Position numbers and translations under genes: made by a program
Notes under the pieces: model-generated
Seen by the model: only the letters and a program-made list of their open reading frames with translations
The model's database searches: none
Told to the model about the DNA's origin: nothing
Shown here: positions 1 to 11,196 of the stretch, one piece after another
Layout: each line of letters starts with the position of its first letter
How positions within the stretch are numbered: the stretch's first letter is position 1
DNA from: Candidatus Velthaea sp.
GTDB taxonomy: Bacteria > Vulcanimicrobiota > Vulcanimicrobiia > Vulcanimicrobiales > Vulcanimicrobiaceae
DNA: 64,000 nt
Assembly: GCA_965214935.1 (NCBI GenBank)
Contig: CBDCCS010000018.1
Coordinates: 416,001-480,000 of the forward strand
Reading direction: 5' to 3'

Positions 1-216
1 CGTGACGAGAATTGCCACGTAGCGGGCGCGCGACGTTCGCGCAATCCGGACGAAGCTCTCGATATGCGCGGAGTCGTCGACACCCGGGTCGATGGCGACG
101 AGCGCTGCGCCACCGGCGTGCACGACATATCCGTTGGTGCCGTCAAGCGTCATCAGCGACGGGTTCGGCGCGCGCAGACAGATAACGGACGGCCCGATCG
201 GGTGCGCTTCGGACAT
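1..216 (-). CDS. MBL-fold metallo-hydrolase (LACTB2-like), N-terminal part; runs off the left edge
   Basis: Not in the ORF track. Manual translation: MSEAHPIGPSVICLRAPNPSLMTLDGTNGYVVHAGGAALVAIDPGVDDSAHI...AILVT. The APNPSxMTLDGTN and IDPG motifs are typical of this family. An alternative in-frame ATG lies at 246. Confidence 0.8.
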   Translation of the reverse strand, partial: MSEAHPIGPSVICLRAPNPSLMTLDGTNGYVVHAGGAALVAIDPGVDDSAHIESFVRIARTSRARYVAILVT

Positions 217-270
217 CGCTCGCCGCTTCGACGGAACTCGGTTCATCGCCGTCCCGTTGCCCGGAGTACG

Positions 271-684
271 ATGTTCTCGCGATCGGCTTGGCTTCTTAGC
301 GCACTACTCTGCATCGAGACCGGCTCGGTTGCCATGGCGCAAACTCCGCTGCCCGTGCCGACGCCGATCGTCGTGCCGACTTTACCGCCGTCGAATCCGA
401 CCCAAGACGCAATCGTTCGCGCGGCAGCCGGGATACTCCAAGATGTGATCGCGCGCAGCCGCGCAAATGCCGCGAATACGACGCACGGCAACGTCACCTA
501 CTTTCGCCGCTTCGATATGCAAGTGCAAACCGGAACGAACGCCTATCGAACGGTGCGGCTCCATCAAGGAACCGTCATCAACCCGCGCGGTGCTACGCCC
601 GGCGTGGGGACGACCGTCGACGTAAGCGGGCAAGGCGCGTCGGATGGTGCGCTCGACGCCGCGATGATAACGGTTGTGCACTAG
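271..684 (+). CDS. Hypothetical secreted protein
   Basis: In-frame ATG at 271 of ORF 64..684 gives a signal peptide (MFSRSAWLLSALLCIETGSVAMAQ), a Pro-rich linker and a beta-rich C-terminus; a terminator follows. Confidence 0.6.
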   Translation: MFSRSAWLLSALLCIETGSVAMAQTPLPVPTPIVVPTLPPSNPTQDAIVRAAAGILQDVIARSRANAANTTHGNVTYFRRFDMQVQTGTNAYRTVRLHQGTVINPRGATPGVGTTVDVSGQGASDGALDAAMITVVH

Positions 685-704
685 CGTCGTTGCAAACGCC
701 CCAG

Positions 705-742
705 AAAAAAGATAAGCCACGCCGCGCGTGGCTTATCTTTTA
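705..742. terminator. Bidirectional intrinsic terminator
   Basis: Perfect 16-bp inverted repeat AAAAGATAAGCCACGC-cgc-GCGTGGCTTATCTTTT (707-741), with an A-run on the left and a T-run on the right. Confidence 0.85.
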
Positions 743-774
743 ACTTTGTTCTTGTCGCAGTCAACGAGTTGCGA

Positions 775-813
775 CTACGACGCGATGTCCTTCGGTGGAT
801 CTTGCGGGCTCAC
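775..813 (-). CDS. Putative micropeptide 2, MSPQDPPKDIAS (12 aa)
   Basis: GTG start 10 nt after AAGGAGG (830-824), TAG stop; shares the PQDPP core with 909..938; followed by hairpin 754-775 and the terminator. Confidence 0.5.
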   Translation of the reverse strand: MSPQDPPKDIAS

Positions 814-908
814 TGAACACCGCCCTCCTTTACCTTTGAACGTATAATCGTGCGATAAGGGGGACATTTGCTTTCACCGGAACGGTGCGCACTCACCCGT
901 TGCGGTGG

Positions 909-938
909 CTAGTACCCAGGTGGATCTTGCGGTGTCAT
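909..938 (-). CDS. Putative micropeptide 1, MTPQDPPGY (9 aa)
   Basis: ATG preceded by AGAGGAGGGCGG, TAG stop; paralog of 775..813. Confidence 0.5.
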   Translation of the reverse strand: MTPQDPPGY

Positions 939-986
939 CCGCCCTCCTCTAGGGGTTCGCGGTGGGAGTTGCCTCGAGGTTCACGC

Positions 987-1015
987 ATCGTACACCCCGT
1001 CCGCCGCGGAAACAA
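987..1015 (-). promoter_or_regulatory. Sigma70-type promoter for the micropeptide unit
   Basis: TTGTTT (1015-1010), 17-nt spacer, TACGAT (992-987). Confidence 0.55.
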
Positions 1016-1140
1016 TAGCGGGAAATCGCACATAGGCGGCTTGCAACTATTGCGAATACTTGCGTACCCGGCAAGCTCTAGCAGCGCGTGAAGACCATCG
1101 CGTAGAGGCGTCGTCGCCGATGCCGCTAAGGAACTTTACC

Positions 1141-1803
1141 GTGAAGGCTCCCCCACAACTGCTTCGGCGTCTCGAAGCGCTCGCAATATTTCTCATATCG
1201 TTTGCGCTCGCTGCTTTTGTGGTCGCTCGGAAGACGCAAGTCGAACATCTGTTGGGCAGTCTGGGGATCTTTGCAATGCCGTTGGCGGCCGTCATTCTTG
1301 CGATCGTCGCGTCTGCACCGTTCTCGGTGACCGATGCGCTCGCAATCATGAACGGTGTGCTCTTCGGTCCGCTCTGGGGTTCGGTCGTCAATGCCGTCGG
1401 GATCATCCTCGCTGCCATCATCGGCTATGTCGTGGCTTTGCGAACGTCGGCGCTGCTCGATATCGAAGCGCAGGTGCAGCGCTTGCCGAGTTGGGTCCGG
1501 CGCTTCAAAATCGGTTCGCCGATGTTCTTGCTCTGCGTGCGGATCATCCCCGGACTCGGCGGTACGATCGCAACGCAAACTGCGGCGGCGTTGCGCGTAC
1601 CAATTTTCCGTCAAGTGTACACCATGTGTGCAGTCGCATTGCCGATTTGTACCGGCCTTGCAATCGGCGGTGATTTTTTGTCGAATTATATCGATTCACA
1701 TGTTGTAAAACCGGCCGAAGCGTATGCCGCCGAACATCATATCGGCGTGCGCTTGCCGCATCCGCTGCATCGCCGTTCGCCGGAACCCAGGGTGACGCGG
1801 TGA
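1141..1803 (+). CDS. DedA/VTT (TVP38/TMEM64) family membrane protein
   Basis: Several hydrophobic helices, GxLFGxxxG and 'LLCVRIIPG' motifs; AAGGA precedes the GTG at 1141. Confidence 0.8.
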   Translation: MKAPPQLLRRLEALAIFLISFALAAFVVARKTQVEHLLGSLGIFAMPLAAVILAIVASAPFSVTDALAIMNGVLFGPLWGSVVNAVGIILAAIIGYVVALRTSALLDIEAQVQRLPSWVRRFKIGSPMFLLCVRIIPGLGGTIATQTAAALRVPIFRQVYTMCAVALPICTGLAIGGDFLSNYIDSHVVKPAEAYAAEHHIGVRLPHPLHRRSPEPRVTR

Positions 1804-2993
1804 ACGATGTCGTGGTCGTCGACAGCGTGCCGTTACTCGACGCGCTGATCAAGCGTGTCGACGCCGCCCAACGCGTAGCGATCGATACCGAGTTTCACAA
1901 CGAGCGATCGTATACGGCCGCACTGATGGTCGTGCAACTCGCTTTTAACGACGGCGTTGCAATTGTCGACCCGCTCGCGTTGACGGATCTGCGACCGTTG
2001 TTCGACGCACTCGCCCGAACCGAGGTGGTCGGGCACGCTTTATCGTCAGACATTCGAATCATCGCCGAAGACTACGGCACGCTACCGCGCACTGCGTTCG
2101 ACACGCAAGTCGCCGCTGCGTTTTGCGGCTATGGCTTGACGATCTCGCTGCTCGATCTCGTGCGTGAACTTGCCGGTGTGACCCTGCGCAAATCGCAGAC
2201 GGTGAGCGATTGGAGCACGCGCCCGCTTAGCGCGAAGCAAATCGATTATCTTGTCGATGACGTTCGGTATCTGTTCGGGCTGGCGGACCGGCTCGACGCA
2301 TTGCTCGCCGAACGCGGCCGGCTCGGCTGGGCGCGCGAGGAGATGCGCTCGCTCGTCGACATGCGGACGTATCGGCCCGACACGCGCCGTCTCTATTTGC
2401 GCATCTCGGGCAATGCCCGGATGAATCGGCGCGAACTCGGTATCCTCAACGAACTTGCCGCACTGCGCGACCGGTTAGCGCGCGACCGCAACATCCCGCT
2501 CAAATTCGTCATCCCCGATGATGTCTTGGCGGGGCTCGTTGCGCTACGTCCACGGTCGGCAGACGAACTGGGACAATTGCGCCGTTTAGACGGCGGCATC
2601 AAGAAACATTACGGGGCACTGATCGTCGACGCAATCGCACGCGGCGAAGCAATTCCGGAAAACGAATTGCCGGAGCGCGCGCCGCGGCCGCTCGGCTCGC
2701 AGCGCGAAGCGCTCGTTTCAACGCTGGCGGTACTTGTTAATGCCGTCGCGGCCGAGAACGACTTGCCGACGACGCTCTTGTTGTCGCGCAACGCGCTCGA
2801 ACGGATCGTGCGGGACAATCCATCTTCGGCCGATGAGATCGGCGCGCTGCTCGAACTCGCTCCGTGGCGCTTGCACCTCATCGTCGAGCCGTTATGGCAA
2901 CTGCTTACCGGCGAACGCGCCGTACGCGTCGAGGGTTATCTCGCAGGCAATCCGCGGACAACCTTTACACGGTTGTCCGTTCCCGAGGGTTAA
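1800..2993 (+). CDS. rnd: Ribonuclease D (3'-5' exonuclease + HRDC)
   Basis: AIDTEF, FDTQVAAAF, SDWSTRPLSAKQIDYLVDDV motifs and an HRDC-like region; GTGA overlap with the upstream gene. Confidence 0.9.
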   Translation: MNDVVVVDSVPLLDALIKRVDAAQRVAIDTEFHNERSYTAALMVVQLAFNDGVAIVDPLALTDLRPLFDALARTEVVGHALSSDIRIIAEDYGTLPRTAFDTQVAAAFCGYGLTISLLDLVRELAGVTLRKSQTVSDWSTRPLSAKQIDYLVDDVRYLFGLADRLDALLAERGRLGWAREEMRSLVDMRTYRPDTRRLYLRISGNARMNRRELGILNELAALRDRLARDRNIPLKFVIPDDVLAGLVALRPRSADELGQLRRLDGGIKKHYGALIVDAIARGEAIPENELPERAPRPLGSQREALVSTLAVLVNAVAAENDLPTTLLLSRNALERIVRDNPSSADEIGALLELAPWRLHLIVEPLWQLLTGERAVRVEGYLAGNPRTTFTRLSVPEG

Positions 2994-3013
2994 TTGCGCC
3001 GCCGAGCGGGCAT
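2988..3013 (+). promoter_or_regulatory. Possible SigB/SigF-type stress promoter
   Basis: GGTTAA-N14-GGGCAT, 9 nt before an ATG that lacks a Shine-Dalgarno (SD) sequence. Confidence 0.35.
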
Positions 3014-3022
3014 ACGCTTGAT

Positions 3023-3244
3023 ATGAGCATTAAAGACGATCTTAACAATATTGTCGGTGCAGTCAAAGACACGTTTAGCGAAGCCGGGCACAAAAGCACG
3101 GCCGATGCCGAAGCGACTCGACGTGAAGTCGCCGGCGACACGATGACGCCGGGCGAACAGCTCGGGTCGATGGCAAACGAAGCTAAGAACAACATTCAAG
3201 GCGACATGGATCACGCCAAAGTCGAAGCGCGCAAGGAAATCTAA
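3023..3244 (+). CDS. Small hydrophilic stress-type protein (CsbD/LEA-like), 73 aa
   Basis: MSIKDDLNNIVGAVKDTFSEAGHK...EARKEI; charged amphipathic composition; a terminator follows. Confidence 0.65.
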   Translation: MSIKDDLNNIVGAVKDTFSEAGHKSTADAEATRREVAGDTMTPGEQLGSMANEAKNNIQGDMDHAKVEARKEI

Positions 3245-3298
3245 GTACGCTCGAATCGGCGGCACCCGTGCTTATCGCGAGCGGGTGTGACAAAGGTA

Positions 3299-3326
3299 AG
3301 GCCGGGCTAAACGCTCGGCCTTTTTT
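3299..3326 (+). terminator. Intrinsic terminator
   Basis: GGCCGGG-ctaaacg-CTCGGCC followed by a T-run. Confidence 0.7.
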
Positions 3327-3460
3327 CGTTCGCCGATCGCTCGAGCATCGTGCATTTGCGAGAGCACTGAGATTCGTGCAACGCGTGAAAGCAGCGGCAG
3401 CGGCGCTCGTTCATCATCCGACAGTAGCGGCATCGACGCCCGGCGAAGCTTTGCGGCCTC

Positions 3461-6199
<2,739 letters not shown>

Positions 6200-6261
6200 C
6201 GCAAGGTCGCGCTGCGGCCGTCGAGTCGCACGACGGTGAAAAGCGGGTAACGAGGCAGTAG

Positions 6262-9200
6262 ATGAAGACCGGGATGCGCATCTACAATCTCTTTCCGTCG
6301 CTGGTTGGCTCGATCGAGCGCTGGTCGAACCAATTGCCGCGCATAGCGGCGATGGGTTTCGATTGGGTGTATGTCAATCCGTTTCACGAGACCGGCTATT
6401 CGGGCAGTCTCTATGCAGTAAAAGATTACTATCGGCTCAACCCGCTATTCCGCGGTGATGCAACGGAAAGCGATGCCGATTTGCTGCGCGGTTTTATTGC
6501 CGCAGCGTCCGCTGCGGACATCGGCGTGATGATGGATTTGGTCGTAAATCACACCGCGCGCGATTGCGTTTTGGCCGGCGAACATCCGGAATGGTATCGC
6601 CGTACCGCCGACGGCAGTATTGAATCGCCCTCGGCTAGCGATCCGGCCGATCCCGCAAACGTAACGGTGTGGACCGATCTTGCCGAACTCGACTATACGG
6701 ACCGGCCCGAGCGCACGCAAATGATCGCTTACTTCAGCGATGTGGTGCGGCATTACACGCGGCTTGGTTTTCGCGGCTTTCGCTGCGATGCGGCGTACAA
6801 AGTACCGGGCGACATTTGGTCGGCGTTCGTCGCGGCGGCACGTGAGATCCGTTCCGACACGGTGTTCGCCGCCGAGACGCTCGGCGCGCCGCTTGAAGCG
6901 GTCAGCCAATTGCGTCCCGCCGGTTTCGATTATTTGTTCAACAGCTCGAAATGGTGGGATTTTCAGGCACCGTGGCTGCTCGATCAATACGAGGAATTCC
7001 GGCATATCGCGCCGTCGATTGCATTTCCGGAGAGCCACGACACGCCGCGGCTCGCAACGGAATACGCCCAGTTCGACGATGCACAGCTCGAGGCGGAATA
7101 CCGCTTTCGCTACTTGTTCGCCGCTTTTTTCTCGACCGGCGTTATGATGCCGATCGGTTACGAGTTCGGCTTCGATCGGCCGTTCGACGTCGTGATGACG
7201 CGGCCCGACCATTGGCAAGCGCCGCGTTTCGATCTAACGGCGTTCATTGCCGATGTCAACGCGATGAAAGCCGCGGTCCCCGCACTCAACGAAGAAGGCG
7301 CCGAACGAAGCTTGCCGCTCTCGAACGGCGCGATCGGCTTGCTGCGCAACGCACTTGCCGGGTCGAGCGCGGCCGTCGCTTTGTTTAACCCGGATCCAAC
7401 CTCGGCTGCCAAGATCGATGCTGCGACCATCTTGGGCGAAATCGATTCCGCCGTTGATATTACGCCGCAAGCGGATGGCGGCGCGGCGCTACGTGCTGGA
7501 ACGTCGATCGATCTTGCGCCGCTGGGCGTTCGGGTCTTTGCCTCGCCGCGCGCCTCTGCCAACGGCGCCGGCACGAACGGTGCGGCGCAAAACGATGTGC
7601 GGCTCGCTGCCCGGCCGGTGATCATTGAATCCGTTTCGCCCGAAATAAACGGCGGCCGTCATCCCGTGAAACGAATCGTCGGCGACCGGCTCGAAGTGCA
7701 GGCGGACATTTTTCGCGAAGGTCACGACGCGCTAGCCGCCGTGCTCAAGTATCGTGAACGCGATGCCGCGACATGGCGTGAAACGCCGATGCTTTGCTTC
7801 GATAACGATCGTTGGCGCGCATCGTTCGCTCTGGACCGTAATACCCGCTACGTTTACACGATCGAAAGTTGGCCCGACGATTTCGCGACGTGGCGGCATG
7901 GCGCCGAGAAGAAACATGCCGCCGGCCAATCGATCGATGTTGAATTGCTCGAAGGCAGAGCACTCGTCGAAGCAGCGGTCGCGCGAGCCGGTGCGAATCG
8001 CCGCGAACAACTTCGAGCGGTCGTGGCGGAATTAACGCGGCTCGGCGATAGCGACGGGCGTATTGCGTTGCTGCTCGGCGAATCGGTGGCGGAATTCATG
8101 GCTGCGACGCCCGATCGCACGGCAGCATCGGTGTACGTGCGTGAACTCGAAGTGATCGCCGATCGCAAAGCAGCGCAGATCGCTGCCTGGTACGAGTTCT
8201 TTCCGCGCTCGCAGGGCGTTACGCCCGGTGTCCACGGAACGTTTGCCGACGCTACCCGGCGTCTCGCCGACGTGCGCGCGATGGGTTTCGACGTGTTGTA
8301 TCTGCCGCCGATCCATCCGATCGGCCATTCATTTCGCAAAGGCCCGAACAACAGTCTCGACCCGGCACCCGGCGATCCAGGCAGCCCATGGGCGATCGGG
8401 AATGCGGACGGCGGACATAAGGCGGTCGAACCGAGACTCGGAACGCTCGACGATTTCGACCGCTTCGTTGCGGCGGCAATTGCGCACGGCATCGAGATCG
8501 CGCTCGACTATGCCTTGCAATGTTCGCCCGATCACCCATACGTTACGTCGCATCCCGAATGGTTCACGTTCCGGCCGGACGGTACCATCAAATACGCTGA
8601 AAACCCGCCGAAAAAATATCAGGATATCGTCAACTTCAACTGGTTCGGCGCGCATGCGCCCGCATTATGGGATGAGCTGCGCGATGTGATCGAATTTTGG
8701 ATCGGCCACGGCGTGCGAACGTTTCGCGTCGATAACCCGCATACGAAACCATTTGCGTTTTGGGAGTGGATGATCGGCGACGTTCAGTCGCGACATCCCG
8801 AGGTGCTGTTTCTGGCCGAAGCATTCACACGTCCCAAGATCATGAAAGAATTGGCCAAGATCGGCTTCACGCAGTCGTACACCTACTTCACCTGGCGAAA
8901 CTTCAAGACCGAACTCACCGACTATTTGAACGAGCTTGCCTATGCGGAGATGGGCGAATACTACCGGCCGAATTTCTTTGCCAATACGCCCGACATTTTA
9001 CCGCCGTTCTTGCAAACCGGCGGCCGGCCGGGCTTCGTCATCCGGCTCGTGCTCGCCGCGACGCTTTCGAGCGTCTACGGTATCTACAGCGGTTTCGAGC
9101 TCTGCGAAGCTGCGGCGTTGCCGGAACGCGAAGAATACCTCGATTCCGAGAAATATGAAATCCGGGTGCGCGATTGGAATGCGCCGGGAAATATCAAGCC

Positions 9201-9567
9201 CGAGATCGCGCGACTCAACACGATTCGCCGCGACAATGCCGCTCTGCATACGTGGCGCAACGTTCGGTTTCACGAAGCTTCGGATGACAGCGTGCTGTTC
9301 TATTCGAAGAGTGCCGGCAAGAACACGCTGCTCATCGCCGTGAATCTCGATCCGTTTCGAGCGGTCGACGTCCGCTTGCGCTTGCCGCTGGCAGACTTCG
9401 GTTACACGGTTAAAGATAGCGTCGTTTGCCAAGAATTGCTCGCCGGCGAGCGTCACGTCTGGCACGGCGAATACCAGCACGTACACCTCGATCCGCAGCA
9501 AAATCCGGCGGTGATATTCCGTATCGACTCGCGCATGCACGTCGATTACGATTCGCCCAGCGACTAG
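6262..9567 (+). CDS. glgE: Alpha-1,4-glucan:maltose-1-phosphate maltosyltransferase GlgE with an extra N-terminal GH13 domain
   Basis: C-terminal part has WYEFFPRS, YAENPPKKYQDI, FRVDNPHTKP, LAEAF, NTPDIL; the N-terminal ~430 aa is a second GH13 barrel (DLVVNH, FRCDAA, AETLG, ESHD). Confidence 0.92.
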   Translation: MKTGMRIYNLFPSLVGSIERWSNQLPRIAAMGFDWVYVNPFHETGYSGSLYAVKDYYRLNPLFRGDATESDADLLRGFIAAASAADIGVMMDLVVNHTARDCVLAGEHPEWYRRTADGSIESPSASDPADPANVTVWTDLAELDYTDRPERTQMIAYFSDVVRHYTRLGFRGFRCDAAYKVPGDIWSAFVAAAREIRSDTVFAAETLGAPLEAVSQLRPAGFDYLFNSSKWWDFQAPWLLDQYEEFRHIAPSIAFPESHDTPRLATEYAQFDDAQLEAEYRFRYLFAAFFSTGVMMPIGYEFGFDRPFDVVMTRPDHWQAPRFDLTAFIADVNAMKAAVPALNEEGAERSLPLSNGAIGLLRNALAGSSAAVALFNPDPTSAAKIDAATILGEIDSAVDITPQADGGAALRAGTSIDLAPLGVRVFASPRASANGAGTNGAAQNDVRLAARPVIIESVSPEINGGRHPVKRIVGDRLEVQADIFREGHDALAAVLKYRERDAATWRETPMLCFDNDRWRASFALDRNTRYVYTIESWPDDFATWRHGAEKKHAAGQSIDVELLEGRALVEAAVARAGANRREQLRAVVAELTRLGDSDGRIALLLGESVAEFMAATPDRTAASVYVRELEVIADRKAAQIAAWYEFFPRSQGVTPGVHGTFADATRRLADVRAMGFDVLYLPPIHPIGHSFRKGPNNSLDPAPGDPGSPWAIGNADGGHKAVEPRLGTLDDFDRFVAAAIAHGIEIALDYALQCSPDHPYVTSHPEWFTFRPDGTIKYAENPPKKYQDIVNFNWFGAHAPALWDELRDVIEFWIGHGVRTFRVDNPHTKPFAFWEWMIGDVQSRHPEVLFLAEAFTRPKIMKELAKIGFTQSYTYFTWRNFKTELTDYLNELAYAEMGEYYRPNFFANTPDILPPFLQTGGRPGFVIRLVLAATLSSVYGIYSGFELCEAAALPEREEYLDSEKYEIRVRDWNAPGNIKPEIARLNTIRRDNAALHTWRNVRFHEASDDSVLFYSKSAGKNTLLIAVNLDPFRAVDVRLRLPLADFGYTVKDSVVCQELLAGERHVWHGEYQHVHLDPQQNPAVIFRIDSRMHVDYDSPSD

Positions 9568-9621
9568 TCAGCGCTACGCTCAGCGTTCGTTCGCAGAGCG
9601 AACCGCTGCCGGGAGAATTCT

Positions 9622-11196
9622 TTGTCCGACCAACACGTTACCGTGCCGACGCTCGACGTCGGCGAATCCGAAGCAAATGCGCCGCTCGGCGGTTCGTTGC
9701 TCGAATGGTTACGAACCGGTGTCTTCGCGGATTACTTGCCGCATCAGCGCTGGTTTGCCGACAAAGGTGCCGCCGTCGGCAGCGTTCGAATCGTCGATAC
9801 TGTCGGCCTCGACGTCGAGCAGCAACTGCGTCTAGCGATCGTCGAGGTCGAGCGATCGCAGCGCATGTATTTCCTTCCGCTCGCCGTTGCCGAGCGCAGT
9901 CCCGACACGCCGCCGGAGCGCTCGATATTGGCGCAACTGCGCATCGGTGAACGCGCGGCGTTGCTGACGGACGCGTTTGCCGTCGATGCGTTGCCGCTGC
10001 TGTTACTCGATGACGTGCGCGCCGAGCGACGGCGGGCGTCGGATGGCGGTGGAGCGTTCGTCGCGCATGCCGCACCGGCGCTCAACCGGATCGAGATCGC
10101 GTCCGTTCCCACGGTTCGCCGCCTCGCCGTCGAGCAAAGTAACACGTCGGTCGTGCTGGGCGAAGCGATCATGCTCAAAGGCTACCGGCGCGTCCATCGC
10201 GGTCCGCAGCCCGAACTTGAAATCGCACGATTTCTCGATGCCGTCGATTACCGCAACACGCCGGCGCTCGTCGGTTACGTGGAGTACGAACATCCCGAGA
10301 GCGAGGCGACGGCGCTTTGCATACTGCAGCGCTTCGTGCCTAGCGAGGGCGACGGCTGGGCGGTAACGCTCGATTATCTCGCGTCGTTTTTCGGCCGCGC
10401 CGCCGCCGGCGCAACGCAAGCGCATGATGATGCGGCCTACTTGCAACGCGTACGAACGTTAGGCGTACGCACTGCGGAGTTGCACCGGGCATTCGCTACA
10501 CCGCTGGGCGATCCGGCGTTCGAGCCCGAGCCGACGACGCAAGCAGATGTGGACGCCTGGATCGCTCAAGCCGCGGCGACCGGCGCGAAAGCGCTGGACG
10601 GCTTAGCACGCGAACTCGACAGGTTGCCCGACGATGCGCGCGAGCTTGCGCGTGCAGTGCTCGCGCGGCGCGCTGAGATCGCGCAACGGATGCACCCGGC
10701 GGCGGCCGGCGCGTTCGGCGTGATGAAGACGCGCTATCATGGCGACTATCATCTCGGACAAGTTTTGGCCGTCGGCGACGATTACATGATCGTCGACTTC
10801 GAGGGCGAACCGGGTCGCGATGCGTCCGTGCGGCGGCAAAAGTCGTCACCCTTGCGCGACGTCGCAGGGATGCTGCGTTCGTTGAACTATGCTGCCGTTT
10901 CAGGCAGCCGTAGCGTGGCGAATCAGGCCGGCGCAGAAACGCTCGATGCGGTCGCCCGCGATTGGGAGCAGCGTAGCGGCGCGGCATTTCTCGATGGTTA
11001 CCGGTCGACGATCGAGGGGTGCTCGTCATATCCGAGCGACTCCGAGGCGGCGCGCGGTTTGCTCGAACTCTTTACGCTAGAAAAGGCCTTATATGAAGTT
11101 AGCTACGAGCTCGCAAATCGCCCGGCATGGTTACGCATTCCGCTCGAAGGAATTCGCGCAATCTTAGATGCCGGTCATCATGCAACCGTTAACTGA
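9622..11196 (+). CDS. Maltokinase (Mak/Pep2, TreS C-terminal-like)
   Basis: [62 protein letters not shown] precedes the TTG start. Confidence 0.9.
   Translation: MSDQHVTVPTLDVGESEANAPLGGSLLEWLRTGVFADYLPHQRWFADKGAAVGSVRIVDTVGLDVEQQLRLAIVEVERSQRMYFLPLAVAERSPDTPPERSILAQLRIGERAALLTDAFAVDALPLLLLDDVRAERRRASDGGGAFVAHAAPALNRIEIASVPTVRRLAVEQSNTSVVLGEAIMLKGYRRVHRGPQPELEIARFLDAVDYRNTPALVGYVEYEHPESEATALCILQRFVPSEGDGWAVTLDYLASFFGRAAAGATQAHDDAAYLQRVRTLGVRTAELHRAFATPLGDPAFEPEPTTQADVDAWIAQAAATGAKALDGLARELDRLPDDARELARAVLARRAEIAQRMHPAAAGAFGVMKTRYHGDYHLGQVLAVGDDYMIVDFEGEPGRDASVRRQKSSPLRDVAGMLRSLNYAAVSGSRSVANQAGAETLDAVARDWEQRSGAAFLDGYRSTIEGCSSYPSDSEAARGLLELFTLEKALYEVSYELANRPAWLRIPLEGIRAILDAGHHATVN

Noticed and set aside
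790..950. The two direct repeats as a mini-CRISPR array
   Set aside because: Only two imperfect copies ~120 nt apart with an internal indel, and no cas genes in the window.
885..1091. 68-aa + strand ORF across the repeat region
   Set aside because: No SD and no recognisable motif; the promoter, SD and terminator signals all support the minus strand.
9622..11196. Trehalose synthase TreS
   Set aside because: Only the maltokinase part is present; there is no GH13 TreS domain in this ORF.
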